This document shows, piece after piece, positions 1 through 8,192 of a DNA stretch of 64,000 bases. The DNA comes from Deltaproteobacteria bacterium (lineage in GTDB: Bacteria > Myxococcota > Myxococcia > SLRQ01), in NCBI GenBank assembly GCA_029210625.1, contig JARGFU010000007.1, positions 27,742 through 91,741 on the forward strand, read 5' to 3'. Position numbers and translations under genes: made by a program. The number at the start of each line of letters is the position of its first letter. Positions within the stretch are counted from its first letter, which is position 1. The notes under the pieces were generated by a model, which worked only from the letters and a program-made list of their open reading frames with translations, made no database searches and had not been told where the DNA came from.

Positions 1-1950
1 GAGCTCGGGCCAGAGGGCGAAGGCCTCCTCCAGGCTGTCCACCAGGACGATGCCCGCCATGAGGTGATCGACGATCTCCTCGAAGCCCGGCTCGACCTTC
101 ACGGCCTCCCGGGCCGGGCCGATGATGCCGGGCTTGCCCAGCAGCGAGCTGGGATCCGCGTCGGTGTGGGGCCGCAGGTCGTCCATCGGGACGAAGCCGC
201 CGCGGCCGCCGGTGCGGTCCTTGAGGAAGTTGACCAGGGTCAGGCCGGCCTCGCGGGAGCGCACCAGGATGTGCTGTAGGCGGTCGCCGAGGGCGGCCTC
301 GAGGGCGACCTCGAACTCGGGCTGGGACTGGATGACGTCGGCCAGCAGCCCGGCGACGGCGTCCTCGGCCAGGCCCTCGGCCTCGTCGCGGTGGAGCATG
401 ACGGTCTGCACCGCCGGCTCGTAGCCCTCGTAGCTCTGCTGGATGGCGACGATGGACTCGTGCCGCGCCCGCTTGTCGGCGAGCACGTCCCGCAGGGAGC
501 CCAGCTCGGCCTCGAGGCTGGCGATCTTCCCCCGCACGAGGTCCAGCTCGACGCTGGTGGCCTGGCGCCGGTCCTCCAGCTGCAGCTGCAGCTGGCGGGT
601 GCCCTCGAGCTTCTCGCCCAGGGCGCTCTGGTGGACCTGCAGCTCCTCGATGCGGGCGCGAGAGGTCTCGCGCTCCTCGCGGGCCCGCTCCTGCCGGGCC
701 TCGAGGTCCGCGCGCTGCTTGGCCAGGCCCTCGAGGTGGGTCTTGCCCTGGGAGAGGAGGCGGACGGCCTCGAGGGCGGCGGTCCGCTGGGTCTCCAGCC
801 GCTCGGTCAGCCCGGCCAGCTCCTCCCGGTGACGGGTGGTCTGCTGCTGCCGGCCGTCGAGGACCTCCTTGTCGGCGGTGAGGACGGCCTCGAGCTCGCC
901 CCGCTCGGCGGCCAGCTCCTCGAGCTTGGCCTTCAGCTCGGTGAGGCGCTCCTCGAGGTGGGCGATCTCCTCGCGGCTCTCCACCGCGCGGGTGCCCAGG
1001 CTCTCCTTCTCGCGCTCGAGGTTCTGGAGCCGCTCCTCGTGGAGGCGGACGTCACCCTCGGCGCGGGCGGCCTGCTCCTGCAGGGCCGCGAGGCGGGCCT
1101 CGTCCGCGGTCATGGCCTCGCGGGCCTCGGCGAGGGCAGCCTGGGAGGTGTGGATCTGCTCGGCGTCGTCGTCCAGGTGGAGGTGGGCGGTCTGCTCCTG
1201 CAGGCGCAGGGCCTCGCGCTCCGCGCGGACCTCCAGCCAGCGGTGGGAGGTGAGGTGCACCTCGATGTCGCGCAGCTCGGCCTTGTAGGCCTTGTAGCGC
1301 TCGGCCTTCTTGGCCTGACGGTTCAGGCTGTTGAGCCGGCTGCCCAGCTCGGCGACGAGGTCGCCGACCCGCAGCAGGTTCTGCTGGGTGGCCTCCATCT
1401 TCCGCTCGGCGGCCTTGCGCTTGGCCTTGAAGCGGGTGATGCCGGCGGCCTCCTCGATGATGGCGCGGCGGTCGTCGGGCTTCGCCGAGACGATGAGGCC
1501 GATGCGGCCCTGCTCGATGATCGAGTAGGCCTTGGTGCCCATGCCGGTGCCGAGGAAGAGCTCGGTGATGTCGAGGAGCCGGCAGGGCTGCTTGTTGATC
1601 AGGTACTCGGACTCGCCGGTGCGGAAGAGGCGCCGGGTGATGGCGATCTCCGCGAAGCTCCGGTAGCGGGTGGGGACCTCTTCGGGGGTGTCGTTCTTGA
1701 AGGTGAGGGTGACCTCGGCCATGCCCGCCGGGGGCCGGGCCTGGGAGCCGTTGAAGATGACGTCGGCCATGTTGCCGCCGCGCAGGTGCTTGGCGCTCTG
1801 CTCACCGAGGACCCACCGGATGGCGTCCACGATGTTGGACTTCCCGCAGCCGTTGGGGCCGACGACCCCGGTGACCCCGTCGTCGAAGCGCAGGACGGTC
1901 CGGTCCATGAAGGACTTGAAGCCGATGATCTCGAGGCGCTTTAGCCGCAT
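1..1950 (-). CDS. smc: Chromosome segregation protein SMC, N-terminal ~650 aa; the gene continues beyond the left window edge
   Basis: The reverse-complement translation begins MRLKRLEIIGFKSFMDRTVLRFDDGVTGVVGPNGCGKSNIVDAIRWVLGEQSAKHLRGG. This contains a Walker A GPNGCGKSN motif followed by long coiled-coil sequence. The start codon complement lies at 1948-1950. The + strand ORF 391..1944 is its low-complexity antisense. Confidence 0.85.
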   Translation of the reverse strand, partial: MRLKRLEIIGFKSFMDRTVLRFDDGVTGVVGPNGCGKSNIVDAIRWVLGEQSAKHLRGGNMADVIFNGSQARPPAGMAEVTLTFKNDTPEEVPTRYRSFAEIAITRRLFRTGESEYLINKQPCRLLDITELFLGTGMGTKAYSIIEQGRIGLIVSAKPDDRRAIIEEAAGITRFKAKRKAAERKMEATQQNLLRVGDLVAELGSRLNSLNRQAKKAERYKAYKAELRDIEVHLTSHRWLEVRAEREALRLQEQTAHLHLDDDAEQIHTSQAALAEAREAMTADEARLAALQEQAARAEGDVRLHEERLQNLEREKESLGTRAVESREEIAHLEERLTELKAKLEELAAERGELEAVLTADKEVLDGRQQQTTRHREELAGLTERLETQRTAALEAVRLLSQGKTHLEGLAKQRADLEARQERAREERETSRARIEELQVHQSALGEKLEGTRQLQLQLEDRRQATSVELDLVRGKIASLEAELGSLRDVLADKRARHESIVAIQQSYEGYEPAVQTVMLHRDEAEGLAEDAVAGLLADVIQSQPEFEVALEAALGDRLQHILVRSREAGLTLVNFLKDRTGGRGGFVPMDDLRPHTDADPSSLLGKPGIIGPAREAVKVEPGFEEIVDHLMAGIVLVDSLEEAFALWPEL

Positions 1951-2148
1951 TCGCAGGTATCTCCGCTGGTCCCTACTGCCGCCGGACCCCCGGGGGAGCC
2001 CCGGTGACCGACAAAAATAGCTTCTCCGAGCCGGATCCGTGAAAGGCGCAACACTTTTGGTCCGGGTCTTCCGCATCGAGGTGCGGTAAAAAACGGAACC
2101 TATTCGATCAGGTCGGACCTGATCCATCGAAAAGTGACGTGACCCTAC

Positions 2149-3543
2149 ATGACAATACCTGCCAGATCCGGGCCTGAGAAGGCCGGGCGGCCCCGGCTGC
2201 GTTCGCTAAGGCGCGAGATTCGCGAGACTCTCGCGCTCTCGGCGCCGGTGGCGGCCACCCAGCTCGGGATGATGGCCATGGGGCTGGTGGACATCGTCAT
2301 GGTGGGGCCCCTGGGCACCGAGTCCCTGGCGGCGGTCAGCGTGGGCAACTCGGTCTTCTTCGCCCTGCTCATCCTCTGCCTGGGCGTGGTGCAGGCCCTC
2401 GATCCCCTGGTGGCCCAGGCCGTCGGGGCGAGGGACCGGGAGGCCGCCGGCCGCCACCTCTGGCAGGGGGCCTGGCTGGCCGTCTTCCTGGGCATCCCCC
2501 TGACCCTGCTCTTCATCGACTGCACCTGGATGTTCCGGCTGCTGGCCCAGGAGGAGGCGGTGAGCGTGCTGGCCGGCGACTACCTGGCCGGCCGGGCCTA
2601 CTCCATCCTCCCCTTCCTGGTCTTCGCCGCCGGGCGCAGCTTCCTCAACGGCCTGGGGGACACCCGGCCGGTGATGTGGGTCGCCCTGGGGGCCAACGCG
2701 GTGAACGCCGCGGCCGACTGGGTGCTGATCTACGGCAACCTCGGCGCGCCCCGCCTGGGGGTGATGGGCGCCGGATTGGCGACCTCGATCGTCCGGGTCT
2801 GCATGCTCGCCGCGGTCTTCGTCCTCCTCGCCCGGCCCCACTACGCCGCCCTCCGGGGCCGGCCGGCCTGGCCCCACCTCGGGCACCTGCGGCGGATCGC
2901 CAACGTGGGGCTGCCCATCGGCGGCCAGCTCTTCCTGGAGGTCGGCCTCTTCGCCACCATGAGCATCTTCTCGGGCTGGCTGGGGGCCCGGGCCCAGGCC
3001 GCCCACCAGATCGCCCTCTCCCTGGCCTCCTTCTCCTTCATGGCCCCCCTGGGGCTCTCGATGGGGGCGACCGTGCGGGTGGGGCACGCGGTGGGGGCCG
3101 GCCGCCTCGACGCCGCCGAGCGGGCCGGGAAGGTCGCCATCGCGCTGGGCGCGGCGATCATGGGGACCGGGGCCGTCTTCTTCCTGCTCTTCCCCCGGGC
3201 CCTCTCCTCGATCTTCTCCCCCGAGCCCGAGGTGCTGGCGACCTCGGCGGTGCTGGTGGCCATCGCCGGCATCTTCCAGGTCTCGGACGGGGTGCAGGTG
3301 GTGGCCACCGGCTGCCTGCGGGGGGCGGGCGACACCCGCACCCCCTTCTGGGCCAACGCCCTCTCCCACTGGGCGCTGGGGGTCCCCCTGGCCTGGCTGC
3401 TGGCCTTCCCCGGCGAGATGGGGGTGCGCGGGCTCTGGTGGGGGATCACCGCCTCCCTCACCGGGGTGGCGGTGGTGGAGACCATCCTCTTTCTCAGGGG
3501 GGGATGGCGGAGCCTGGCCCGCCTCGAGGCCGGCCCGAGTTGA
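2149..3543 (+). CDS. MATE family multidrug/efflux transporter (NorM/DinF-like)
   Basis: The 464-aa product has 12 predicted TM segments and typical MATE sequence (LALSAPVAATQLGMMAMGLVDIVMVG...). It is transcribed divergently from smc. Confidence 0.8.
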   Translation: MTIPARSGPEKAGRPRLRSLRREIRETLALSAPVAATQLGMMAMGLVDIVMVGPLGTESLAAVSVGNSVFFALLILCLGVVQALDPLVAQAVGARDREAAGRHLWQGAWLAVFLGIPLTLLFIDCTWMFRLLAQEEAVSVLAGDYLAGRAYSILPFLVFAAGRSFLNGLGDTRPVMWVALGANAVNAAADWVLIYGNLGAPRLGVMGAGLATSIVRVCMLAAVFVLLARPHYAALRGRPAWPHLGHLRRIANVGLPIGGQLFLEVGLFATMSIFSGWLGARAQAAHQIALSLASFSFMAPLGLSMGATVRVGHAVGAGRLDAAERAGKVAIALGAAIMGTGAVFFLLFPRALSSIFSPEPEVLATSAVLVAIAGIFQVSDGVQVVATGCLRGAGDTRTPFWANALSHWALGVPLAWLLAFPGEMGVRGLWWGITASLTGVAVVETILFLRGGWRSLARLEAGPS

Positions 3544-3574
3544 CGCGGGGCGGCGTGGGGTCCTAGCTAGCTCC

Positions 3575-4147
3575 ATGGCAGCTCCCCTCTGGATCTCCGT
3601 CGACATCGAGTCCACCGGGCCCGCGCCCGGCGTCTTCTCGATGATCTCCTTGGGCGCCTGGGTGGTGGGCAAGGACCGCCAGCAGGAGGGGACGACCTTC
3701 TATGCCGAGCTCGAGCCCATCTCCGAGAAGTACCAGGAGGCGGCGCTGAAGGTGGCCGCGCCGGGCAAGACCCACGCCCAGCTCTACACCGACGGAGAGG
3801 ATCCCCAGATGGTGATGATCCGCTTCGTGGACTGGGTGAAGGATCAGGCGAGGCGCTACGGCGGCAGCCCCACCTTCGTCGCCCACAACGCGCCCTTCGA
3901 CTGGATGTTCGTCACCTGGTACCTCTGGCGCTACGTCGAGGAGAACCCCTTCGGCTGGGCGGCCGTGGACACCCGGGCCCTCTTCTTCGGGATGAGCGAC
4001 GCGGGCTGGAGCAAGACCCGCCTCGAGCAGATCAAACAGCGCTTCCCCCTCGACCGGATGCACAAGCACCACGCCCTCGAGGACGCGATCGAGCAGGGCG
4101 AGCTCTTCCTGAAGCTCCTCGAGGCCCGCCGGCCGCTGCCCGGCTAG
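3575..4147 (+). CDS. DEDDh-type 3'-5' exonuclease (DnaQ-like fold)
   Basis: The 190-aa product carries an Exo I motif (VDIESTG) and an Exo III motif (HHALEDA). Confidence 0.65.
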   Translation: MAAPLWISVDIESTGPAPGVFSMISLGAWVVGKDRQQEGTTFYAELEPISEKYQEAALKVAAPGKTHAQLYTDGEDPQMVMIRFVDWVKDQARRYGGSPTFVAHNAPFDWMFVTWYLWRYVEENPFGWAAVDTRALFFGMSDAGWSKTRLEQIKQRFPLDRMHKHHALEDAIEQGELFLKLLEARRPLPG

Positions 4148-4267
4148 GCACGGGGCCGGGGAGCGGCAAGGTGGGGCAGGGGTGGGGGATGCACCCGCTC
4201 TTTCGGCTTCCGTGCCGATTGGGTAGCTTCGCGCCTCCCATAGAACCCCCACCTCCGGAGAGGCGCC

Positions 4268-4945
4268 ATGCTCCCACGCGCGATTTCTCTTCTCGTCCTC
4301 CTTCCCTTCCTCCTCCTCCCCGCCTGCCAGACCACGGTCAGCACCCCGGCCGGCGGTGGCGGCGGCGACGCCGTCGCGAAGAAGGCACACGACTGCAGCC
4401 AGCACGCCGAGGGCGAGGAGGGCTGCGGGGGTGACTGCGGCGCCAAGGCCGAGGCCAAGGAGGGCGAGGGCCACGACTGCAGCGCCGGCGCCGGAAACAA
4501 GATCGAGCACCCCGATGTCGAGAAGGAGGTCGTCGACGGGACGACCGTGCTGAAGGCCGGCGTCCCGCTGGGCAGCACCGCCGGCGCCACGGAGGTCACC
4601 GTCCAGGCCCTCCTCGACGAGCCCGAGAAGTTCGCGGGCAAGGTGGTGAAGGTCACCGGTGACGTCTCGGCGATGTGCCACCACAAGCGGGGCTGGTTCG
4701 CCCTGGTGGCGCCGGACAAGAGCGGCCGCAACCTCCGCGTGCTCACCGCCCCGAGCTTCCTGGTCCCCGAGGGTGTCATCGGCATGAACGCTTCCACCGA
4801 GGGCGTGGTCGAGCTGATCGAGATCCCCGAGGAGGCGGCCCGCCACTACGCCAAGGAGCACAAGCTCGGCGATCCGATGGAGATCGTCGGCCCGCAGAAG
4901 CAGGCCGTGATCCGCGCCGCCGGCGCCGCCTTCCGCCAGGCCTGA
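4268..4945 (+). CDS. Hypothetical lipoprotein
   Basis: It has a signal peptide with a lipobox (LLLPAC) followed by a Gly/Cys/His-rich segment and a conserved C-terminal domain of unknown function. Confidence 0.55.
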   Translation: MLPRAISLLVLLPFLLLPACQTTVSTPAGGGGGDAVAKKAHDCSQHAEGEEGCGGDCGAKAEAKEGEGHDCSAGAGNKIEHPDVEKEVVDGTTVLKAGVPLGSTAGATEVTVQALLDEPEKFAGKVVKVTGDVSAMCHHKRGWFALVAPDKSGRNLRVLTAPSFLVPEGVIGMNASTEGVVELIEIPEEAARHYAKEHKLGDPMEIVGPQKQAVIRAAGAAFRQA

Positions 4946-4959
4946 TCCCGCCCGCCTCG

Positions 4960-5598
4960 ATGTCCGACGCCAAGGCGAAGCGCCGGCCCGGCAAGGGCTG
5001 GCGACGGTGGCTCTACGACCTGCACCGCGACGCGGGCTTCCTCGTCGCGGGGCTGGTCTTCGTCTACGTGGTCAGCGGCATCGCCGTGAACCACCGCGAG
5101 CACTGGGACTTCAACTCGGTCATCGAGGAGAGGACCGAGCCCCTGGCCTCCCCGGCCGAGCTCCTGGGGCTGGCAGACGATCCCCGCGAGCCGGGCGTGC
5201 TTGCCCGGGACGAGGAGGCGGCCCTGGTCGCCGCGATCGGGAAGCGGCTGCGCCGCAGCCAGGTCCCCTTCAAACAGATGTGGCGCGGGCCGGACCGGCT
5301 CTCCCTCCTCTACGGCGTGGGCGGGAAGGACGTCGTCGACTACTTCCCCTCCACCGGAGAGGTCGAGCACCAGAAGCGCAGGGACCGCTTCCTCTTCCGG
5401 GCCTTGAACTACCTCCACCTCAACGAGGGGCGGGGCGCGTGGACCTGGCTGGCCGACGTCTTCGCCCTGCTCCTCTTCTTCCTGGCCGCCTCGGGCCTGG
5501 TGATGGTGAAGGCGCGGCGGGGCTGGCGCAGCCGGGCGGGCGTGCTCCTGGCCCTGGGCATCGTGCTGCCCTTCGTGGCGCTGGCGTTGATGCGATGA
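4960..5598 (+). CDS. PepSY-associated TM helix family membrane protein
   Basis: The product starts MSDAKAKRRPGKGWRRWLYDLHRDAGFLVAGLVFVYVVSGIAVNHREHW, a typical PepSY_TM N-terminus, and has a C-terminal TM helix. The start ATG at 4960 is in frame with ORF 4675..5598; the upstream part of that ORF overlaps the preceding gene and is rejected. Confidence 0.55.
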   Translation: MSDAKAKRRPGKGWRRWLYDLHRDAGFLVAGLVFVYVVSGIAVNHREHWDFNSVIEERTEPLASPAELLGLADDPREPGVLARDEEAALVAAIGKRLRRSQVPFKQMWRGPDRLSLLYGVGGKDVVDYFPSTGEVEHQKRRDRFLFRALNYLHLNEGRGAWTWLADVFALLLFFLAASGLVMVKARRGWRSRAGVLLALGIVLPFVALALMR

Positions 5599-5646
5599 GC
5601 GCGAGGGGCGTGGACAGAGGGCCAGGCCCCCAGCCTATGCTGGGGC

Positions 5647-6537
5647 GTGCCCAGCCCTCCCGAAGACCCTCCGAGCGCGGCCGGCGCCTCGCCGGTGGTC
5701 GCTGCCCTCTCCTTCGCCGCGATCCTCGGCATCGCGGTGGTCGACTGGTGGGTGACCCAGGGGCTCTCCTTCTCGATCTTCTACCTGGTCCCGGTCTCGC
5801 TCCTGGCCTGGCGCGGCTCACTCACCCTCGGCCTCGTCGGCGCCGTCGTCGCGAGCTTCTTCTGGTTCGTGGCCGACTACAACAGCACCGTCTACGTCCA
5901 CGCCTCGATCGGCGTCTGGAACGGCTTCGTCCGGCTCTCGATCTTCGTCGCCGCGGCGGTGGTCCTCGATCGGCACCGCAAGTCCCTCGGCCGGGAGCGG
6001 GCCCTGGCGCGCATCGACGGCCTGACCGGCTGCCGGACCTCCCGGGCCTTCTACGGCCACCTGGAGCTGGAGCTCGCCCGGAGCCAGCGCAGCGGCGAGC
6101 CCCTCACCGTCGCCTTCATCGACCTGGATCACTTCAAGAACGTGAACGATCGCCTGGGCCACCCGGCGGGGGACCGGGTGCTGGCCAGCGTCGGCGAGCG
6201 GCTGCGCGCGGAGGTGCGCCCCACCGACATCGTCGGGCGCCTCGGGGGCGACGAGTTCGGCCTCGTCCTGCCCGGCCTCGGCGAGGCGGCCGCGAAGGAT
6301 GCCCTCGGGCGGCTCCTGGCGGCGGTCACCACCGTCCTCGACGGGATCGACCCCCTCGCGGGGGAGGTGGGCGCCAGCTTCGGCGCGATCACCTGTCAGG
6401 CCCCCGACATCGAGGCCAGGGGTCTGCTGCAGGCCGCCGACGATCTGATGTACCGGGCCAAGCGCGCCGGAGGTGCTCGCCTGCACCTGGAGCTCTGGCC
6501 CCCGCCCCCCTCGCCCCCCTCCCTCCCCTCGCAGTGA
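5647..6537 (+). CDS. Membrane-anchored diguanylate cyclase (GGDEF domain)
   Basis: An N-terminal TM region is followed by a GGDEF domain with the motif RLGGDEFGLVL and a conserved DLDHFKNVND. The start is GTG at 5647; a later start is possible. Confidence 0.8.
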   Translation: MPSPPEDPPSAAGASPVVAALSFAAILGIAVVDWWVTQGLSFSIFYLVPVSLLAWRGSLTLGLVGAVVASFFWFVADYNSTVYVHASIGVWNGFVRLSIFVAAAVVLDRHRKSLGRERALARIDGLTGCRTSRAFYGHLELELARSQRSGEPLTVAFIDLDHFKNVNDRLGHPAGDRVLASVGERLRAEVRPTDIVGRLGGDEFGLVLPGLGEAAAKDALGRLLAAVTTVLDGIDPLAGEVGASFGAITCQAPDIEARGLLQAADDLMYRAKRAGGARLHLELWPPPPSPPSLPSQ

Positions 6538-6548
6538 GAGGTGAAGCC

Positions 6549-8183
6549 ATGCCCCGAGTGACACCCCAGACGCTCCCGGTCCCGGCCCTCCTGGCCGGTC
6601 TGCTCCTCCTCGCCCAGCCCGGCTGCCGCGCCGGCGACGACCTCTCCTTCGCCGAGGCGGGCCCGGTGGCGGGGGAGGCCGGGCGGGGCTCCTTCACCTT
6701 CGGCGCCGCCACGGCCGCCGCCCAGATCGAGGAGGGCAACGAGCACGCCGACTGGTGGGTCTTCACCCAGCCGGAGTCGGAAGGGGGCCTGGGCAAGGGC
6801 ACCTTCGTGGGGGACGCGGTGGAGGGGTACTCGCGGGCGCTCGAGGACCTCGCCCTGATCGAGGAGCTGGGCCTCGACGCCTATCGCTTCTCGATCAACT
6901 GGGCGCGCATCGAGCCGGAGCGCGACGTGATCGACGCGACGGCGGTGGCCCACTACGGAGAGGTGATCGACGGCCTGGTCGCCGCGGGGGTGAAGCCCAT
7001 GCTGACCGTCCACCACTTCTCCAGCCCGATCTGGGTGGACGACCCGCGGCAGAGCGCCTGCCCGGCGACGGAGACGGACACCAACCTCTGCGGCTGGGAC
7101 GGGCCCCACGTGGACGCCGTCATCGCCGAGCTGGCCGAGCTGGCGGGGATGCTCGCCGCCGAGTACGGCGACCGGGTCGACGAGTGGTGCACGGTCAACG
7201 AGCCGATCAATTACCTGATCGCGGCCTACGGCATCGGGCAGTTCCCGCCCGGGGGCAACCTGCTCCTCGGGGACATCGGCAACGGGAACCTCGAGGGGAC
7301 GACCCGGGTCATCAAGAACTACCTGCGGGCCCACGTCGCGATCTACGAGGCGATCGCCGCCAACGACACCATCGATGCCGATGGCGACGGCGTGGCCGCC
7401 AACATCGGCCTGACCCTCAACATCAACGAGTGGCAGCCCTGGGGGCCGGACGCCGACGATGTCATGGTCGTCTCCGAACACCCGGATGACGTCCGGGCCG
7501 CCGAGAACGTGGAGTACGTCTACCACCACGTCTTCGTCGACGCGCTGGTGCACGGCGAGTTCGACAACGATCTGGATCGGGTGCGCGAGGAGGCGCAGCC
7601 GGACTGGGAGGGGAAGATCGACTTCGTCGGCGTGCAGTACTACGCCCGCATCCCGGTGACCGGGGCGTCATCCATGCTGATCCCGAGGGTCGACGGAATG
7701 ATCTGCTTCGCCGGTCTCTCGGCCCTCGGAGGCTTCGGCGACGAGTGCCCCAGCGCCGGCGACGCGACCCACTGGGTTCCCGACATGCACTACGAGTACT
7801 GGGAGCCGGGCCTCTACAACATCCTGGCCGACTTCGGCTCCCGCTGGCCCGACCTGCCGATCACGGTGACCGAGTCGGGGCTGGCGACCCACACCGGCGC
7901 TCGCCGCGCCGAGCACGTCGTGCGCTCGCTGGAGCAGATCGCGCAGGCGCGCGACGAGGGCATCGACGTCCGCGGCTACTACCACTGGAGCCTGATGGAC
8001 AACTTCGAGTGGGCCGAGGGCTACGAGCCGCGCTTCGGCCTCTACACCGTCGATCGCTCGACCTTCGCGCGGACGCCCACCGAGGGCGCCACCCTCTACG
8101 CCCAGATCACCGCCGCGCGGGAGATCACGGGCGAGCAGCGGGAGACCTACGGCGGCCTCGGCCCCATGACGCCCGAGGAGTGA
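6549..8183 (+). CDS. Glycoside hydrolase family 1 (beta-glucosidase-like), secreted
   Basis: The product has a signal peptide (MPRVTPQTLPVPALLAGLLLLAQPGC) and GH1 catalytic motifs: the acid/base TVNEP and the nucleophile ITVTESG. The ORF track's 5007..8183 upstream extension is a low-complexity run-on. Confidence 0.8.
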   Translation: MPRVTPQTLPVPALLAGLLLLAQPGCRAGDDLSFAEAGPVAGEAGRGSFTFGAATAAAQIEEGNEHADWWVFTQPESEGGLGKGTFVGDAVEGYSRALEDLALIEELGLDAYRFSINWARIEPERDVIDATAVAHYGEVIDGLVAAGVKPMLTVHHFSSPIWVDDPRQSACPATETDTNLCGWDGPHVDAVIAELAELAGMLAAEYGDRVDEWCTVNEPINYLIAAYGIGQFPPGGNLLLGDIGNGNLEGTTRVIKNYLRAHVAIYEAIAANDTIDADGDGVAANIGLTLNINEWQPWGPDADDVMVVSEHPDDVRAAENVEYVYHHVFVDALVHGEFDNDLDRVREEAQPDWEGKIDFVGVQYYARIPVTGASSMLIPRVDGMICFAGLSALGGFGDECPSAGDATHWVPDMHYEYWEPGLYNILADFGSRWPDLPITVTESGLATHTGARRAEHVVRSLEQIAQARDEGIDVRGYYHWSLMDNFEWAEGYEPRFGLYTVDRSTFARTPTEGATLYAQITAAREITGEQRETYGGLGPMTPEE

Positions 8184-8192
8184 GCCCGGGGC

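Noticed and set aside
391-1944. 517-aa + strand ORF at the left edge
   Set aside because: It is the antisense of smc. The reverse strand gives a clean SMC N-terminus with a Walker A motif.
5007-6548. N-terminal 514 codons of ORF 5007..8183
   Set aside because: This is a low-complexity run-on that overlaps the PepSY and GGDEF genes. The GH1 homology and signal peptide begin at the ATG at 6549.
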